From: an uncultured bacterium
Lineage (GTDB): Bacteria; Edwardsbacteria; AC1; EtOH8
Direction: 5' to 3'
Length of the DNA: 33,746 nt
Assembly (NCBI GenBank): GCA_963780225.1
Contig: CAWAAX010000024.1
Coordinates: forward strand, 1 to 33,746
Made by a program: the position numbers and the translations under genes. How positions within the stretch are numbered: position 1 is the stretch's first letter; the number at the start of each line of letters is the position of its first letter. Shown one piece after another: positions 19,884 through 30,398 of this stretch. The notes under the pieces are model-generated. The model saw nothing but the letters and a program-made list of their open reading frames with translations. It made no database searches and was not told the origin of the DNA.

Positions 19884-21530
19884 ATGAAAAAGGTACTGTT
19901 ATTGATCCCGGCTTTGCTGTTGTCTTTGGCCTTGGGAAATCTTTGGGCCCAGGCCAACAGTTTGATCCCGGTGAAGATATACATATCTTCACATGATGAT
20001 GTATATAAGTTCCATTCGTTGGGCGTAGGCATAGAGGAACTGCGGGACGGATATATTGAAGCGCGGGTCACTAAGGCCAAGTTTGATGAGTTGACAACCT
20101 TGGGCTGGAAGGTGGAGGCCCGAACGGTGGTGAAGACAGACCCAAAAATCGCAACGCAATACCATGATTATTCCCAGATGACGGGTTTTATGGATTCAAT
20201 CAACGCCCTCTATCCGGAGATCACTAAAAAGATATCCATAGGTCAATCGGTGGAGTCCTTGGAACTCTGGGCATTCCTGGTAAGCGACCATCCTGATTCC
20301 AGCGAGAACGAGGCAGAGGTAAGGCTGGCGGCCAATATCCACGGCGATGAACCAGTAGGGCGGGAGCTTTGCCTGACGATGATAGATTCCCTGACAAAAA
20401 CATACGGCTCGGTCCCGGCCATCACCGACCTGGTGGACAACAGGGAAATATGGTTCATGCCGGCCCTGAACCCGGACGGCTACGAATTGGACCAGAGATA
20501 TAACGCCAATTACGTTGACCTTAACCGCAACTATCCCGTCCCGGACGGTTTGGCCGGCGACGACGGGACCTTTGTCAATGAAGCGGAGACCCAGGCTTTC
20601 ATTGATTTCTGGTCTGGCAAGCGTGCGGTGTTGTCGCTGAATTATCACGGCGGGGCGTTGGTGGCCAACTACCCGTGGGATTACACCCCCACCCGCTGCC
20701 CCGACGATGCCCTTGCTAAAGAGATCTCCCTGGGTTACGCCCGGTTAAACCCTCCGATGTACGCCAGCACCACCTTCGACAGCGGTGTGACCAACGGCTG
20801 GGACTGGTATGAGGTTGATGGAACCCTGCAGGATTGGTCCTATCATGCGACATCATGCCTGGATATAACCATGGAAATATCGACCAACAAATGGCCGGCG
20901 GCCAGCCAGTTGCCGGATTTCTGGTCCGACAACCGGGGCGGCATGCTGTTCTTCATCCGCCAGGCCGGACTGGGCATCCAGGGCCTGGTCACCGACTCAG
21001 CCACTGGTCAGCCTTTGAATTTTGTTCAGGTTGACGTGGCAGGAATAAATAAGTCTGTTTCTTCTGATTCCATCGGGGATTACCACCGGATGCTGCTGTC
21101 GGGCACGTATGATCTCACCTTCTCCAAGGATGGGTATTCCCTCAAGACCGTCAGCGATGTTCGGGTGAATTATGACAGCCTGACCAATCTGGACGTGGCC
21201 CTGGCCAGGGATCCTGTGGGTGTGACCGGCAACCCCTGCGAGATCCTGTGCCAGCACATAAAGCTGCTTAAGACCTATCCCAATCCCCTGCACAATTCAG
21301 TCACCGTTGCTTTCCAGTTATCACAGCCGTCAAACTGCAATCTAAAAATATACAATGCCGCCGGACAATTGGTTCGGAAAATATTTGATCGAGCCATGGA
21401 CCCCGGCACTTATGACATTCTCTGGGACGGAGCTGATGACACCGGGCGAAACACTGCCGATGGCATATATTACTATTCCTTGTCTGCCGGAGAGCAGAGG
21501 TTAATGGGGAAAATGGTTAAGATCAATTAA
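19884..21530 (+). CDS. Secreted M14 carboxypeptidase (CPD/N/E-like) with regulatory-type beta domain and FlgD-Ig/T9SS-like CTD
   Basis: ANIHGDEPVGRE, NPDGYE, DLNRNYP, NYHGGALVANYPWD, GVTNG..WY...GTLQDWSY, ITMEIS; CTD YPNP...LKIYNAAGQLVR. Confidence 0.92.
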   Translation: MKKVLLLIPALLLSLALGNLWAQANSLIPVKIYISSHDDVYKFHSLGVGIEELRDGYIEARVTKAKFDELTTLGWKVEARTVVKTDPKIATQYHDYSQMTGFMDSINALYPEITKKISIGQSVESLELWAFLVSDHPDSSENEAEVRLAANIHGDEPVGRELCLTMIDSLTKTYGSVPAITDLVDNREIWFMPALNPDGYELDQRYNANYVDLNRNYPVPDGLAGDDGTFVNEAETQAFIDFWSGKRAVLSLNYHGGALVANYPWDYTPTRCPDDALAKEISLGYARLNPPMYASTTFDSGVTNGWDWYEVDGTLQDWSYHATSCLDITMEISTNKWPAASQLPDFWSDNRGGMLFFIRQAGLGIQGLVTDSATGQPLNFVQVDVAGINKSVSSDSIGDYHRMLLSGTYDLTFSKDGYSLKTVSDVRVNYDSLTNLDVALARDPVGVTGNPCEILCQHIKLLKTYPNPLHNSVTVAFQLSQPSNCNLKIYNAAGQLVRKIFDRAMDPGTYDILWDGADDTGRNTADGIYYYSLSAGEQRLMGKMVKIN

Positions 21531-21586
21531 ACAATATGCTGTCTTATTATGAGGTGGCTTTATAACTGTAAACTTGGAGTTATGCC

Positions 21587-24448
21587 ATGAGGTACCGGCT
21601 GATGTTAATGTTGTGGCTGGCTACAGCCGCCTATGGGTGGGCTGCTCCGGTATTGATATCGGTGGAACTGCCAACGATGGAAAGCAAGAAAACCTGGCAT
21701 CAGCTTGGTATACCGACCTATGAGCTGATAGGCAATACAGCCATTGCAGAAACGGAGGAAAGCCGGATCATCTCACTGAAACAAAAAGGCTACCAAATAG
21801 AGATAATCGATAGGCAACCTGATCTGACCAAGTATATGATCGTGTCAAACTATGATAAAGCTCAAGGTCTAAAAGAAACTCCGATCTGGCAGAATGACGG
21901 GACAGCACTGGTAAAGCCAGAGTCAAAGGGTATTTACTGGCAAACGGAAAACAAACACCAAGTCCGGCCAATGAACAACAACCCATTGGGGGAAAGATTT
22001 TGGAAGAACATAACTACGGAGTATGTTACATTAAAGAGCATATCCTATAATCCGTTCATTCAAAGCTTGGTGGATCAGGTCAATGCCGACTCCATTGCCT
22101 CATATATCCAAAGGCTGCAGGATTTTAAGACCAGGGTCTCCTTTACCGATAGTTCTTATGCGGCATCGGCTTGGCTCAAAAACAAACTGGGCGAGTGGGG
22201 CTATACTGCCTGTTACGACAGCTTCTATCTCAGTACTTACGGGAAATACGAGCGCAATGTGATTGCTTCCAAATCAGGATTGGCCCATCCCAAGTCTGGT
22301 TATATCGTCTGCGGGCATTTTGATTCGGCGCCCACGACGGATCCCTTAAACGCTCCGGGTGCTGATGATAATGCTTCCGGTACGGCTGGAGCCATGGAGG
22401 TTGCCAGGGTGCTGAAAAATTCGGGAATAGAAGATGAATTGATATTTGCCGGCTGGGCTGCCGAAGAGCTTGGCTTATTGGGGAGTTACGATTATGCGTC
22501 TCAAGCGGACAGCATGGATATGCAGATAGGAGCGGTCGTCAATATGGATATGATAGGTTATGATACTGATTTGAATATGGGATGCGATGCACATGCGGTT
22601 TACTGGTTGGCCGTTTTATATTTACAGATGGGGAAAATATACGCCCCGGAGCTTAAACTGCGAACAGTATCAGGTTTTCTTTCGGATGAGGGTAGCTTTT
22701 ACCGAAGAGGATTTTCGACCATGGGGGTTATTGAGGACGAGTACTATAGAAATCCCAATTATCATAAAACCAGCGACCTGTTGAGCACTTTGACGGCTGA
22801 TTTTTATACTGCCATAACAAAAACCTCAACCGCCATAATAGCGACGTTACTAAGCACTCCAGGAGCAGTGGAGCCTTTTGTCTGGGACGCTGGTAACGGG
22901 AGCAGTTTATTATTGACCTGGGAACCACCGGCAGATACAAATTTGGTTGGTTATAAGGTCTTTTGGGGCACCCAAAGCCAAAATTATAGCGATAGTTCTT
23001 ATATTGCCGGCCCCGAAGTAGTCTGCGATACTCTTACCGGACTGATGACGGATACTACCTACTTCATTGCCGTGCGCGGTATCAATATCCATGACCTGCA
23101 AAGCATATTGGCGGTGGAAAAGACCGGAATACCGCAAGTAGTTCCCAAAGCGCCGGCCAATGTTTGCCTCGAGCCGATAGACTCCGGCATAGCCTTAACC
23201 TGGAACCGTAATTATGATCTTGACCTGGCGGGGTACCGGATTTATCGAAGGACCGACAGTCTCGCATCCTACGACAGCCTTAACGCCGGCCTGACATTAG
23301 ATACCACCTACACCGATAAACCATTGGGCGGGGACAACAAGTACTATTACTATATCAAGGCCATAGACTATGACGGCAACAGCAGCCCGGGAAGCGATAC
23401 CCTCCCCGGCCGTCCGATCACCATGGACCAGGGGATCCTGCTGGTGGACGAAACGGATGATATGCCGTATGGGGGCGCGACCGGGGATACCAGCGCCGAG
23501 ACAAGCCAGGATAGTTTGTATCATTATGTTTTAGGGGATAATCAATACCGGGAGTACGAGTATAACAGCGGCAATTCCAAACCGGAATATATAGATTATA
23601 CGCCCTATGGTATGGTGATATGGGTGGCGGATGATTATAGCGAACTGCTGGCTTGGGAATGCTTGGAGGGTTTGAAGAAATATCTGGATATAGGGGGCAG
23701 GTTGCTGTTGGCCGGCTGGAAACCGAGTATGGACCTGAGAGATACCTTTACCTATCCCTATCCGGTAGATTTTGGGGCCGGAACATTCATCCATGATTAT
23801 CTAAGGATAAGCCGGGTGGAAATATCAACCTCCGTGGACAGCTTTTTAACGGCAAGAGGGCTATTGAACTACCCCGGCATACCGGTTGATGCGGCAAAAT
23901 ACCCGGTAAATACCTGGGGTGGTACGCTGAGATATGTGGAGTTGCTGACGCCGGTGGCCCCGGCCGAAGGGATCTATTCCGCGGACTTTAAGAACGATAA
24001 CAGCGTCCATCAGAATAAAGTCTGCGGGGTAAGGTACCTGGGAGATGATTATAAGACCTGTTATCTGGGATATCCCCTGTATTATATGGAAAAGGACCAG
24101 GTTAAGATCCTGATCGAAAGAGTGCTGGATGATTTTAATGGAGTGCAGAACGATCCACTGCCGGTAACATATGTAGCCGGGCTGCAACAGAATGCTCCTA
24201 ATCCGTTCAGTCAATACACTGCTATTAGTTATCAATTAGAAAAACCGGGGTTGGTCAATTTGAAAATCTACAACATCCAGGGCCAGTTGGTAAGAACTCT
24301 GGTAGATTGTGATAAAACATCTGGGACCTATAGCATAGGGTGGGATGGGAAGAGTGATGGTGGAATACTAGTAACGCAAGGGATATATTTTTACAGGTTA
24401 CAAATCCCTGATTTGAGGAAAACCCGAAAAATGGTACTAATCCGATAG
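21587..24448 (+). CDS. Secreted M28 family aminopeptidase with two Fn3 domains and FlgD-Ig/T9SS-like CTD
   Basis: CGHFDS, PGADDNASG, AEELGLLGS, NMDMIGY, PNYHKTSD; Fn3 repeats; CTD QNAPNPFS...LKIYNIQGQLVRTL. Confidence 0.92.
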   Translation: MRYRLMLMLWLATAAYGWAAPVLISVELPTMESKKTWHQLGIPTYELIGNTAIAETEESRIISLKQKGYQIEIIDRQPDLTKYMIVSNYDKAQGLKETPIWQNDGTALVKPESKGIYWQTENKHQVRPMNNNPLGERFWKNITTEYVTLKSISYNPFIQSLVDQVNADSIASYIQRLQDFKTRVSFTDSSYAASAWLKNKLGEWGYTACYDSFYLSTYGKYERNVIASKSGLAHPKSGYIVCGHFDSAPTTDPLNAPGADDNASGTAGAMEVARVLKNSGIEDELIFAGWAAEELGLLGSYDYASQADSMDMQIGAVVNMDMIGYDTDLNMGCDAHAVYWLAVLYLQMGKIYAPELKLRTVSGFLSDEGSFYRRGFSTMGVIEDEYYRNPNYHKTSDLLSTLTADFYTAITKTSTAIIATLLSTPGAVEPFVWDAGNGSSLLLTWEPPADTNLVGYKVFWGTQSQNYSDSSYIAGPEVVCDTLTGLMTDTTYFIAVRGINIHDLQSILAVEKTGIPQVVPKAPANVCLEPIDSGIALTWNRNYDLDLAGYRIYRRTDSLASYDSLNAGLTLDTTYTDKPLGGDNKYYYYIKAIDYDGNSSPGSDTLPGRPITMDQGILLVDETDDMPYGGATGDTSAETSQDSLYHYVLGDNQYREYEYNSGNSKPEYIDYTPYGMVIWVADDYSELLAWECLEGLKKYLDIGGRLLLAGWKPSMDLRDTFTYPYPVDFGAGTFIHDYLRISRVEISTSVDSFLTARGLLNYPGIPVDAAKYPVNTWGGTLRYVELLTPVAPAEGIYSADFKNDNSVHQNKVCGVRYLGDDYKTCYLGYPLYYMEKDQVKILIERVLDDFNGVQNDPLPVTYVAGLQQNAPNPFSQYTAISYQLEKPGLVNLKIYNIQGQLVRTLVDCDKTSGTYSIGWDGKSDGGILVTQGIYFYRLQIPDLRKTRKMVLIR

Positions 24449-24467
24449 GATCAGCGTACACTTAATC

Positions 24468-24505
24468 AGCCCGGACGACCATCAAAAGTCCGGGCTATTA
24501 TTTTT
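24468..24505 (+). terminator. Rho-independent terminator ending the peptidase operon
   Basis: AGCCCGGAC (24468-24476)/GTCCGGGCT (24488-24496) stem followed by ATTATTTTT. Confidence 0.7.
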
Positions 24506-24515
24506 GATAAATATA

Positions 24516-24544
24516 TTGCAAGCGTGCTGTAAATCTGGTATCAT
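24516..24544 (+). promoter_or_regulatory. Putative sigma70 promoter with extended -10
   Basis: TTGCAA, 17-bp spacer ending in TGG, then TATCAT (24539-24544). Confidence 0.5.
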
Positions 24545-24617
24545 ATAATACTTAAAACTATTTGCCACAATTGCAGTTAGGTGAATTATAACTCCTAATC
24601 CCACGTTAAAAAAAATA

Positions 24618-25832
24618 TTGATAATAGGCGGCGGACCGGCCGGTATGATGGCTGCGATCACTGCGGCCAAACTCGGTTCAAAGGTAACATTACTGGAAAA
24701 AATGCCTGCCTTGGGCCGCAAGCTGTTGCTTACCGGCCAGGGCCGATGTAATGTAACCAACAACCTTGATCCCAAACAATTTATTACCGACTGCGGACCC
24801 GGCGCTCGCTTTTTGCACGGTGCCTTGAACCGCTTTTCCAGCTCGGATACTCTGAATTTCTTTGAACAGCTGGGAGTGCACATGGCGCTGGAGCGGGGCG
24901 GTAGATATTTCCCCGAATCCCAAAGATCAATAGATATATTGCTGGCCCTGCAAAAAGCTCTGAAGCAGGCCGGGGTGGATATAATAACTAACACCAGTTC
25001 ACTAAAGATCACCAAACGGTCTGAAGGGTTCCACATAGCGACGCCGGGAGAGAGCTATACTGCCGACGCTTTGATAATAGCTACCGGCGGAAAATCATAC
25101 CCGGCCACCGGTTCCACCGGTGACGGCTATGGCTTTGCCAAGGCATTTGGGCATACACTTGTCCCGCCCAGGCCCAGCGACGTTCCGTTGACGGTCAAGG
25201 AAGATTTTGTCAAACAGCTTCAGGGCTTGAGTTTGAAGAACGTAGAACTGAAGTTTTCCCAAGGCAAGAACAAAGCTACATTTTTCGGGGAGATGCTGTT
25301 CACCCATTACGGGATCTCCGGGCCGATAGCGCTGGATGCCAGTAGGCAGGTCGGGCTGTGGTTGAAAGACGGGCTGGTGAAATGTTCGCTGGACCTGAAG
25401 CCAGCCCTGTCAAACGAGGTGCTGGATCAGAGGTTACTGCGCGATATAGATACCCAGGGCAGAAAGACCTATAAAAACCTTTTAAAGGGGCTGCTGCCTT
25501 CCAGCCTGATCCCGGTTTTCGCTGACCTTTCCCGGATCGATCCCGCAACCCTGGTCAATCAATTGAACAAAGGGCAGCGGAGCGAGATCAAAAAACTGCT
25601 GAAGGGGATTGATTTCACCGTTACCGGTTTAAGGGGCTATGACGAAGCCGTGGTTACCGCCGGAGGAGTGAATCTTACGGAGATCGATCCCAGAACCATG
25701 GAATCAAAAATTATCTCAGGGCTTTATTTTTGCGGGGAAATATTGGATCTGGACGGGCCCTGCGGTGGATATAACCTGCAGATAGCCTGGTCCACCGGGT
25801 TTACGGCTGGTAAAAACGCCGGGGAAAAATAA
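24618..25832 (+). CDS. HI0933/BaiN family NAD(P)/FAD-dependent flavoprotein
   Basis: IIGGGPAGMMAA, GRKLLLTGQGRCNVTN, ATGGKSYP.TGSTGDGY, GEMLFTHYGISGP, VTAGGV, GGYNLQ.AWSTG. True start may lie slightly upstream. Confidence 0.93.
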   Translation: MIIGGGPAGMMAAITAAKLGSKVTLLEKMPALGRKLLLTGQGRCNVTNNLDPKQFITDCGPGARFLHGALNRFSSSDTLNFFEQLGVHMALERGGRYFPESQRSIDILLALQKALKQAGVDIITNTSSLKITKRSEGFHIATPGESYTADALIIATGGKSYPATGSTGDGYGFAKAFGHTLVPPRPSDVPLTVKEDFVKQLQGLSLKNVELKFSQGKNKATFFGEMLFTHYGISGPIALDASRQVGLWLKDGLVKCSLDLKPALSNEVLDQRLLRDIDTQGRKTYKNLLKGLLPSSLIPVFADLSRIDPATLVNQLNKGQRSEIKKLLKGIDFTVTGLRGYDEAVVTAGGVNLTEIDPRTMESKIISGLYFCGEILDLDGPCGGYNLQIAWSTGFTAGKNAGEK

Positions 25833-27470
25833 ATGCCGAATAGAGCGAAAAGATCATTAAAACTTATCTCTTTTGAGGAGCGGATAAACAGCTGGGTCAG
25901 ATGGGCGGTGCTGTTCCTGGCCCTGTTGCTGGTAACCCTCCGTCCCCAGGCCATGTCCGGACATTATCTGGGTTTGTACCTGACGCTGGGCATTGCCGCT
26001 TTGTACAATCTGCTGGTTTTCTTTGCCGGAAGAACAATTCTCAAATTCCTCAGGGCCTTTTGGGCGAGTCTGACATTCGACCTGATATTCGCCACTTTGC
26101 TGATAGCTTTTACCCTGGGCTCGGGGAGCCAGTTCTTCTATCTCTATTATCTGACGATATTTTTGGCGGCAGTTTCCGGCAACCGGCAATCGGCCCTGAA
26201 GGTGACCCTTCTGGCCTCCGGTATGTATTTTCTGGCCCTGTTATGGAGAAATGAACTTAGCTGGGATCAATACTTTTTATACGACCTGTTATTCAAGATC
26301 GGACTGCTTTCGCTGACCGCCTTCTGGGCAGGACTGCTGTCCGACCAGCAAAAGAAATGGCGTCTGCAAAACCAGGAACTCTGCCAGATAGCCGACGAAT
26401 GGACTAAAACCGCCTCTGATATCCAGTCAGCGGCATTGTTCGGGATGGGGGCACTGCTCTCCTCATCCCGCAACATAGAAGAGACCCTGAACCTGACGCT
26501 GGACGCGGTGCAGGATCTGCTGCAGGCCGACCGCTGTTCCATACTGCTGCTGGACCACAACACTAACGAGTTGGTCCTCCGGGCTTCGCGGGGCATCAGG
26601 GCCGGGGCGGTGGGCAAGTTGCGGCTGAAGAGCGACCAGGGCATTGCCGGAGAGGTTTTAAGGACCGGCCAGCCGCTGAACGTGCCTGATACCGATAAGG
26701 AGCCTTTGTTCGTTCCGTCTCCCAAACACTACAACAACAAGATACGTTCCATGCTGGTGGTTCCGCTGATAATCCGCGACAAAAGGATCGGTGTGATAAA
26801 CATATCCGAGGTTAAATCCAACCGTAAGTTCAGCGAAAGCGAGCTTTCGGCCATGGTGCTGGTGGCTAACTATACGGCGGTGGCGCTGGAGAATGCCGGA
26901 ATCATGGAGGAGAAGGAGAAGGAGGCCACCACCGACGGATTGACCGGACTTTATAACTACCGTTACTTCATCGATGACTTCGGCCGCCGGCTGGAACAAT
27001 GGCAAAAGGACAAAATAGTCATTTCCCTTATCTGGCTGGATCTGGACTTCTTCAAGGAATATAACGATAATTTTGGTCATCTAAAGGGCAGCGAGATATT
27101 GAAGCGCCTGGGTGACATCATGAAAACAGCTATAGGTTTGGAGACGGCGGTTTGTTTCCGTTACGGAGGAGATGAATTTGCCGTTATCCTGCCCGGTCTA
27201 ACAAAAAGTGAAGCGGTGGAGAAAGCCGAAAAAATCAGGCACAGTATATATAATACGGAATTTGCCGAAAGGAGACCGGGAGGCAAGCAGCTTTCCGCCA
27301 GCATTGGGGTGGTAACCTGTCCCGATGACGGGCAGGAATACCGGGCGTTGATAGAAAAGGCAGACCAGGCCATGTACTTTGCCAAGGAGCAGGGCAAGAA
27401 CAGGGTGGCTTACTGGGATCGTGCAAAAATAAGACTGAACGGCCGGTCGGAACATAAAGCAAACAAATAA
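25833..27470 (+). CDS. Membrane-bound GAF-GGDEF diguanylate cyclase
   Basis: About 5-6 TM segments, GAF domain (GIAGEV...RSMLVVPL....IGVI), TDGLTGLYN, DLDFFKEYND.FGH..G, RYGGDEF, SIGV, AD.AMY.AK..GKN. Confidence 0.92.
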   Translation: MPNRAKRSLKLISFEERINSWVRWAVLFLALLLVTLRPQAMSGHYLGLYLTLGIAALYNLLVFFAGRTILKFLRAFWASLTFDLIFATLLIAFTLGSGSQFFYLYYLTIFLAAVSGNRQSALKVTLLASGMYFLALLWRNELSWDQYFLYDLLFKIGLLSLTAFWAGLLSDQQKKWRLQNQELCQIADEWTKTASDIQSAALFGMGALLSSSRNIEETLNLTLDAVQDLLQADRCSILLLDHNTNELVLRASRGIRAGAVGKLRLKSDQGIAGEVLRTGQPLNVPDTDKEPLFVPSPKHYNNKIRSMLVVPLIIRDKRIGVINISEVKSNRKFSESELSAMVLVANYTAVALENAGIMEEKEKEATTDGLTGLYNYRYFIDDFGRRLEQWQKDKIVISLIWLDLDFFKEYNDNFGHLKGSEILKRLGDIMKTAIGLETAVCFRYGGDEFAVILPGLTKSEAVEKAEKIRHSIYNTEFAERRPGGKQLSASIGVVTCPDDGQEYRALIEKADQAMYFAKEQGKNRVAYWDRAKIRLNGRSEHKANK

Positions 27471-27498
27471 ATCAACATATAAAAACCGGGGGAAGTTC

Positions 27499-28782
27499 AT
27501 GAAATTAGCAGTAGTGGGGACCGGATATGTAGGCCTGGTCTCCGGGGTTTGTTTCGCCGAATGGGGGCACCAGGTGATCTGCGTGGACAATGACGAACAG
27601 AAGATCAAAATGCTCAAGCAGGGCCAGATACCGATCTACGAGCCCGGCCTAAAGGAGCTGATGGACAAGAACCTGGCCCGCCTGTCCTTCACCACTTCCA
27701 TTGAAGAAGCCACCGACCAGTCGGACATCATCTTCATTGCCGTGGGCACGCCGCCCCGCCCCAACGGGGAGGCCGACCTGTCGGCGGTGGAGACAGTGGC
27801 CGCCACCGTGGCCCGCCGGATGAAGAGCTACAAGCTGGTGGTGGAGAAGTCAACCGTGCCGGTGCAGACCGGCGACCAGGTGAAACGGACCATGGCCCAG
27901 AACAACGTCAACAAAGTGGAATTTGACGTGGCCTCCAATCCGGAATTCCTGAGGGAGGGCACGGCCATCGAAGATTCCTTAAAACCCGACCGGGTGGTGT
28001 TTGGCACCGATTCCGAACGGGCCAGGAAAATGCTGATGGAACTGTACAGCCCCCTGGGCTGCCCCATCGTAGCCACCGACATCCAAAGCTCGGAACTTAT
28101 CAAGCACGCCTCCAATTCGTTCCTGGCCATGAAGATCTCCTTCATCAACGCGGTCTCGATGATCTGCGAAAAATCGGGGGCCAACGTGGAACAGGTGGCC
28201 TACGGCATGGGCCTGGACAAAAGGATCGGCAGAAGCTTTCTGAATGCCGGCATCGGCTTCGGCGGTTTCTGCTTTCCCAAGGACCTCCAGGCTTTCATCC
28301 GGATCTCGGAAAAGCTGGGGTACGATTTCAAACTGCTGAAGGAGGTCGAAGGGATCAACGACCAGCAGAAGATGAACTTCGTCAAAAAGATAGAAGAGAC
28401 GGTGTGGAACATCCCGGGCAAGACCATCGGCATCCTGGGGCTGGCTTTTAAGCCCAACACCGATGACATGCGTTTCGCCCCGTCCATCGAGATCATCCAA
28501 GCCCTGCAGAAGGACGGAGCCAGGGTCAAGGCCTACGATCCGGTGTCCATGGACCGGGCCCGGCAGGTCTTAAAGGACGTCCAATACTGCGACAACCCAT
28601 ATGATGTGGCCAAGGATGCCGACTGCCTGGCCATCGTCACCGAATGGGACGAGTTCAAAAAACTTGACCTGGCCAAGGTCAAATCACTGCTGAAAGTCCC
28701 GGCCATAGTGGACGGGCGGAATATCTTCGACCCGCTCAAAATGAAGGAACTGGGCTTCACTTACAAGGGGATCGGCCGATGA
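27499..28782 (+). CDS. ugd: UDP-glucose 6-dehydrogenase
   Basis: [54 protein letters not shown]. Confidence 0.95.
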   Translation: MKLAVVGTGYVGLVSGVCFAEWGHQVICVDNDEQKIKMLKQGQIPIYEPGLKELMDKNLARLSFTTSIEEATDQSDIIFIAVGTPPRPNGEADLSAVETVAATVARRMKSYKLVVEKSTVPVQTGDQVKRTMAQNNVNKVEFDVASNPEFLREGTAIEDSLKPDRVVFGTDSERARKMLMELYSPLGCPIVATDIQSSELIKHASNSFLAMKISFINAVSMICEKSGANVEQVAYGMGLDKRIGRSFLNAGIGFGGFCFPKDLQAFIRISEKLGYDFKLLKEVEGINDQQKMNFVKKIEETVWNIPGKTIGILGLAFKPNTDDMRFAPSIEIIQALQKDGARVKAYDPVSMDRARQVLKDVQYCDNPYDVAKDADCLAIVTEWDEFKKLDLAKVKSLLKVPAIVDGRNIFDPLKMKELGFTYKGIGR

Positions 28783-29714
28783 GGATACTGGTAGCCGGAG
28801 GGGCGGGCTTTTTAGGCTCTCACTTATGCGACCATCTGCTGGCCGGAGGGCATCAGGTTATGGCGCTGGACAACCTGATCACCGGAAGCCTGGATAACAT
28901 CAGCCATCTGCAGGGCAGGAGTGATTTCAGCTTCGTTCAGCAGGATGTTACCAAGCCGTTCAACATAGAAGGGCCGGTTGACTTCATCTTCGATCTGGCC
29001 TCGCCGGCCAGCCCCATCGATTTTGTGAAGATCCCGATTGAGATACTTCTGGTGGGATCTTACGGCGTGCATAATCTTTTGGAACTGGCCCGGGAGAAGA
29101 AGGCCGGATTCCTTTTGACCTCCACTTCCGAGGTCTATGGCGATCCGCTGGTGCACCCCCAGAGCGAGGATTACTGGGGCAACGTCAATCCCATAGGGCC
29201 GCGTAGCGTCTACGACGAGTCCAAGCGCTATGCCGAGGCCCTAACCATGGCCTACCACAGGTTCCTCCAGGTCGATACCCGGATAGTCAGGATCTTCAAC
29301 ACCTACGGGCCGAGGATGCGGCTGAACGACGGGAGGGTGGTGCCGGCCTTGATAGACCAATCCCTGCATAATCGCCCGCTGACGGTATTCGGGGACGGCA
29401 GCCAGACCCGCAGTTTCTGTTATGTCTCGGACCTGATCGAGGGGATCCATCTGATCATGAAGTCTACGGAACACCAGCCGATAAATTTGGGCAATCCCCA
29501 TGAGATGTCAATCCTGGAATTTGCCCAGGCCATTCAAAAATACACCGGCACCAAGGCCCCGATCGAGAATAGGCCCCTGCCGGCCGATGATCCAAAGGTA
29601 AGGAGGCCCGACATCAGCCGGGCCAGAAAGACCCTGAACTGGGAGCCGAAGGTCGGCTTTGAAGAAGGAATAAAAATGACTATAGAGTGGTTCGCCAAAA
29701 AGGAGGGCAAATGA
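28779..29714 (+). CDS. uxs: UDP-glucuronate decarboxylase (UDP-xylose synthase), extended SDR
   Basis: [66 protein letters not shown]. Confidence 0.9.
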   Translation: MRILVAGGAGFLGSHLCDHLLAGGHQVMALDNLITGSLDNISHLQGRSDFSFVQQDVTKPFNIEGPVDFIFDLASPASPIDFVKIPIEILLVGSYGVHNLLELAREKKAGFLLTSTSEVYGDPLVHPQSEDYWGNVNPIGPRSVYDESKRYAEALTMAYHRFLQVDTRIVRIFNTYGPRMRLNDGRVVPALIDQSLHNRPLTVFGDGSQTRSFCYVSDLIEGIHLIMKSTEHQPINLGNPHEMSILEFAQAIQKYTGTKAPIENRPLPADDPKVRRPDISRARKTLNWEPKVGFEEGIKMTIEWFAKKEGK

Positions 29715-30394
29715 AACTATCCGTGATCATGCCGGTCTACAACGAAAAGGCCACCATCGAAAAGATCATCAGCCGGGTCCAAGCGGTTCCGGTGGAAAAG
29801 GAATTGGTGATCGTGGACGATTATTCCACCGACGGCACCAGGGACATTCTAAAAACATACGAAGGCCAGCCCGGCATCAAGATCTGCTGGCATCCCCACA
29901 ATCTAGGCAAGGGCGCCGGCATCCGCACCGGGATCCGGGAATGCACCGGGGACATAGTGATCATTCAGGATGCCGACCTGGAATACTCTCCCGAGGAATA
30001 CCCCAAACTGATCGAGCCGATAGTTAGGGGCGCGGCCGACGTGGTCTACGGCTCCAGATTCTACGGCACTCACCGGGTGTTCATGGTCTGGCATTATCTG
30101 GGCAATAAGTTCCTGACGGCGTTTACCAATATCCTGTATAACACCATGCTGACCGACATGGAGACCTGCTACAAGGTTTTCCGGGCCGGTGTGCTGAAAG
30201 ATCTGAACCTGAAATCCAACCGGTTTGACATCGAGCCGGAGATCACAGCCAAGATATTCAAAAACCGGAAGCTGCGAGTCTATGAGACCCCCATCACCTA
30301 CGACGGAAGGGATTATCAGGAAGGCAAGAAGATAGGCATCAAGGACGTGTTTCCGGCCATCTGGGCGCTGGTTAAATTCCGGTTCACCGATTAA
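29711..30394 (+). CDS. GT2 polyprenol-phosphate glycosyltransferase (DPM1-like)
   Basis: GGAGG RBS before ATG 29711; [50 protein letters not shown]. Confidence 0.9.
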   Translation: MKLSVIMPVYNEKATIEKIISRVQAVPVEKELVIVDDYSTDGTRDILKTYEGQPGIKICWHPHNLGKGAGIRTGIRECTGDIVIIQDADLEYSPEEYPKLIEPIVRGAADVVYGSRFYGTHRVFMVWHYLGNKFLTAFTNILYNTMLTDMETCYKVFRAGVLKDLNLKSNRFDIEPEITAKIFKNRKLRVYETPITYDGRDYQEGKKIGIKDVFPAIWALVKFRFTD

Positions 30395-30398
30395 AGCT

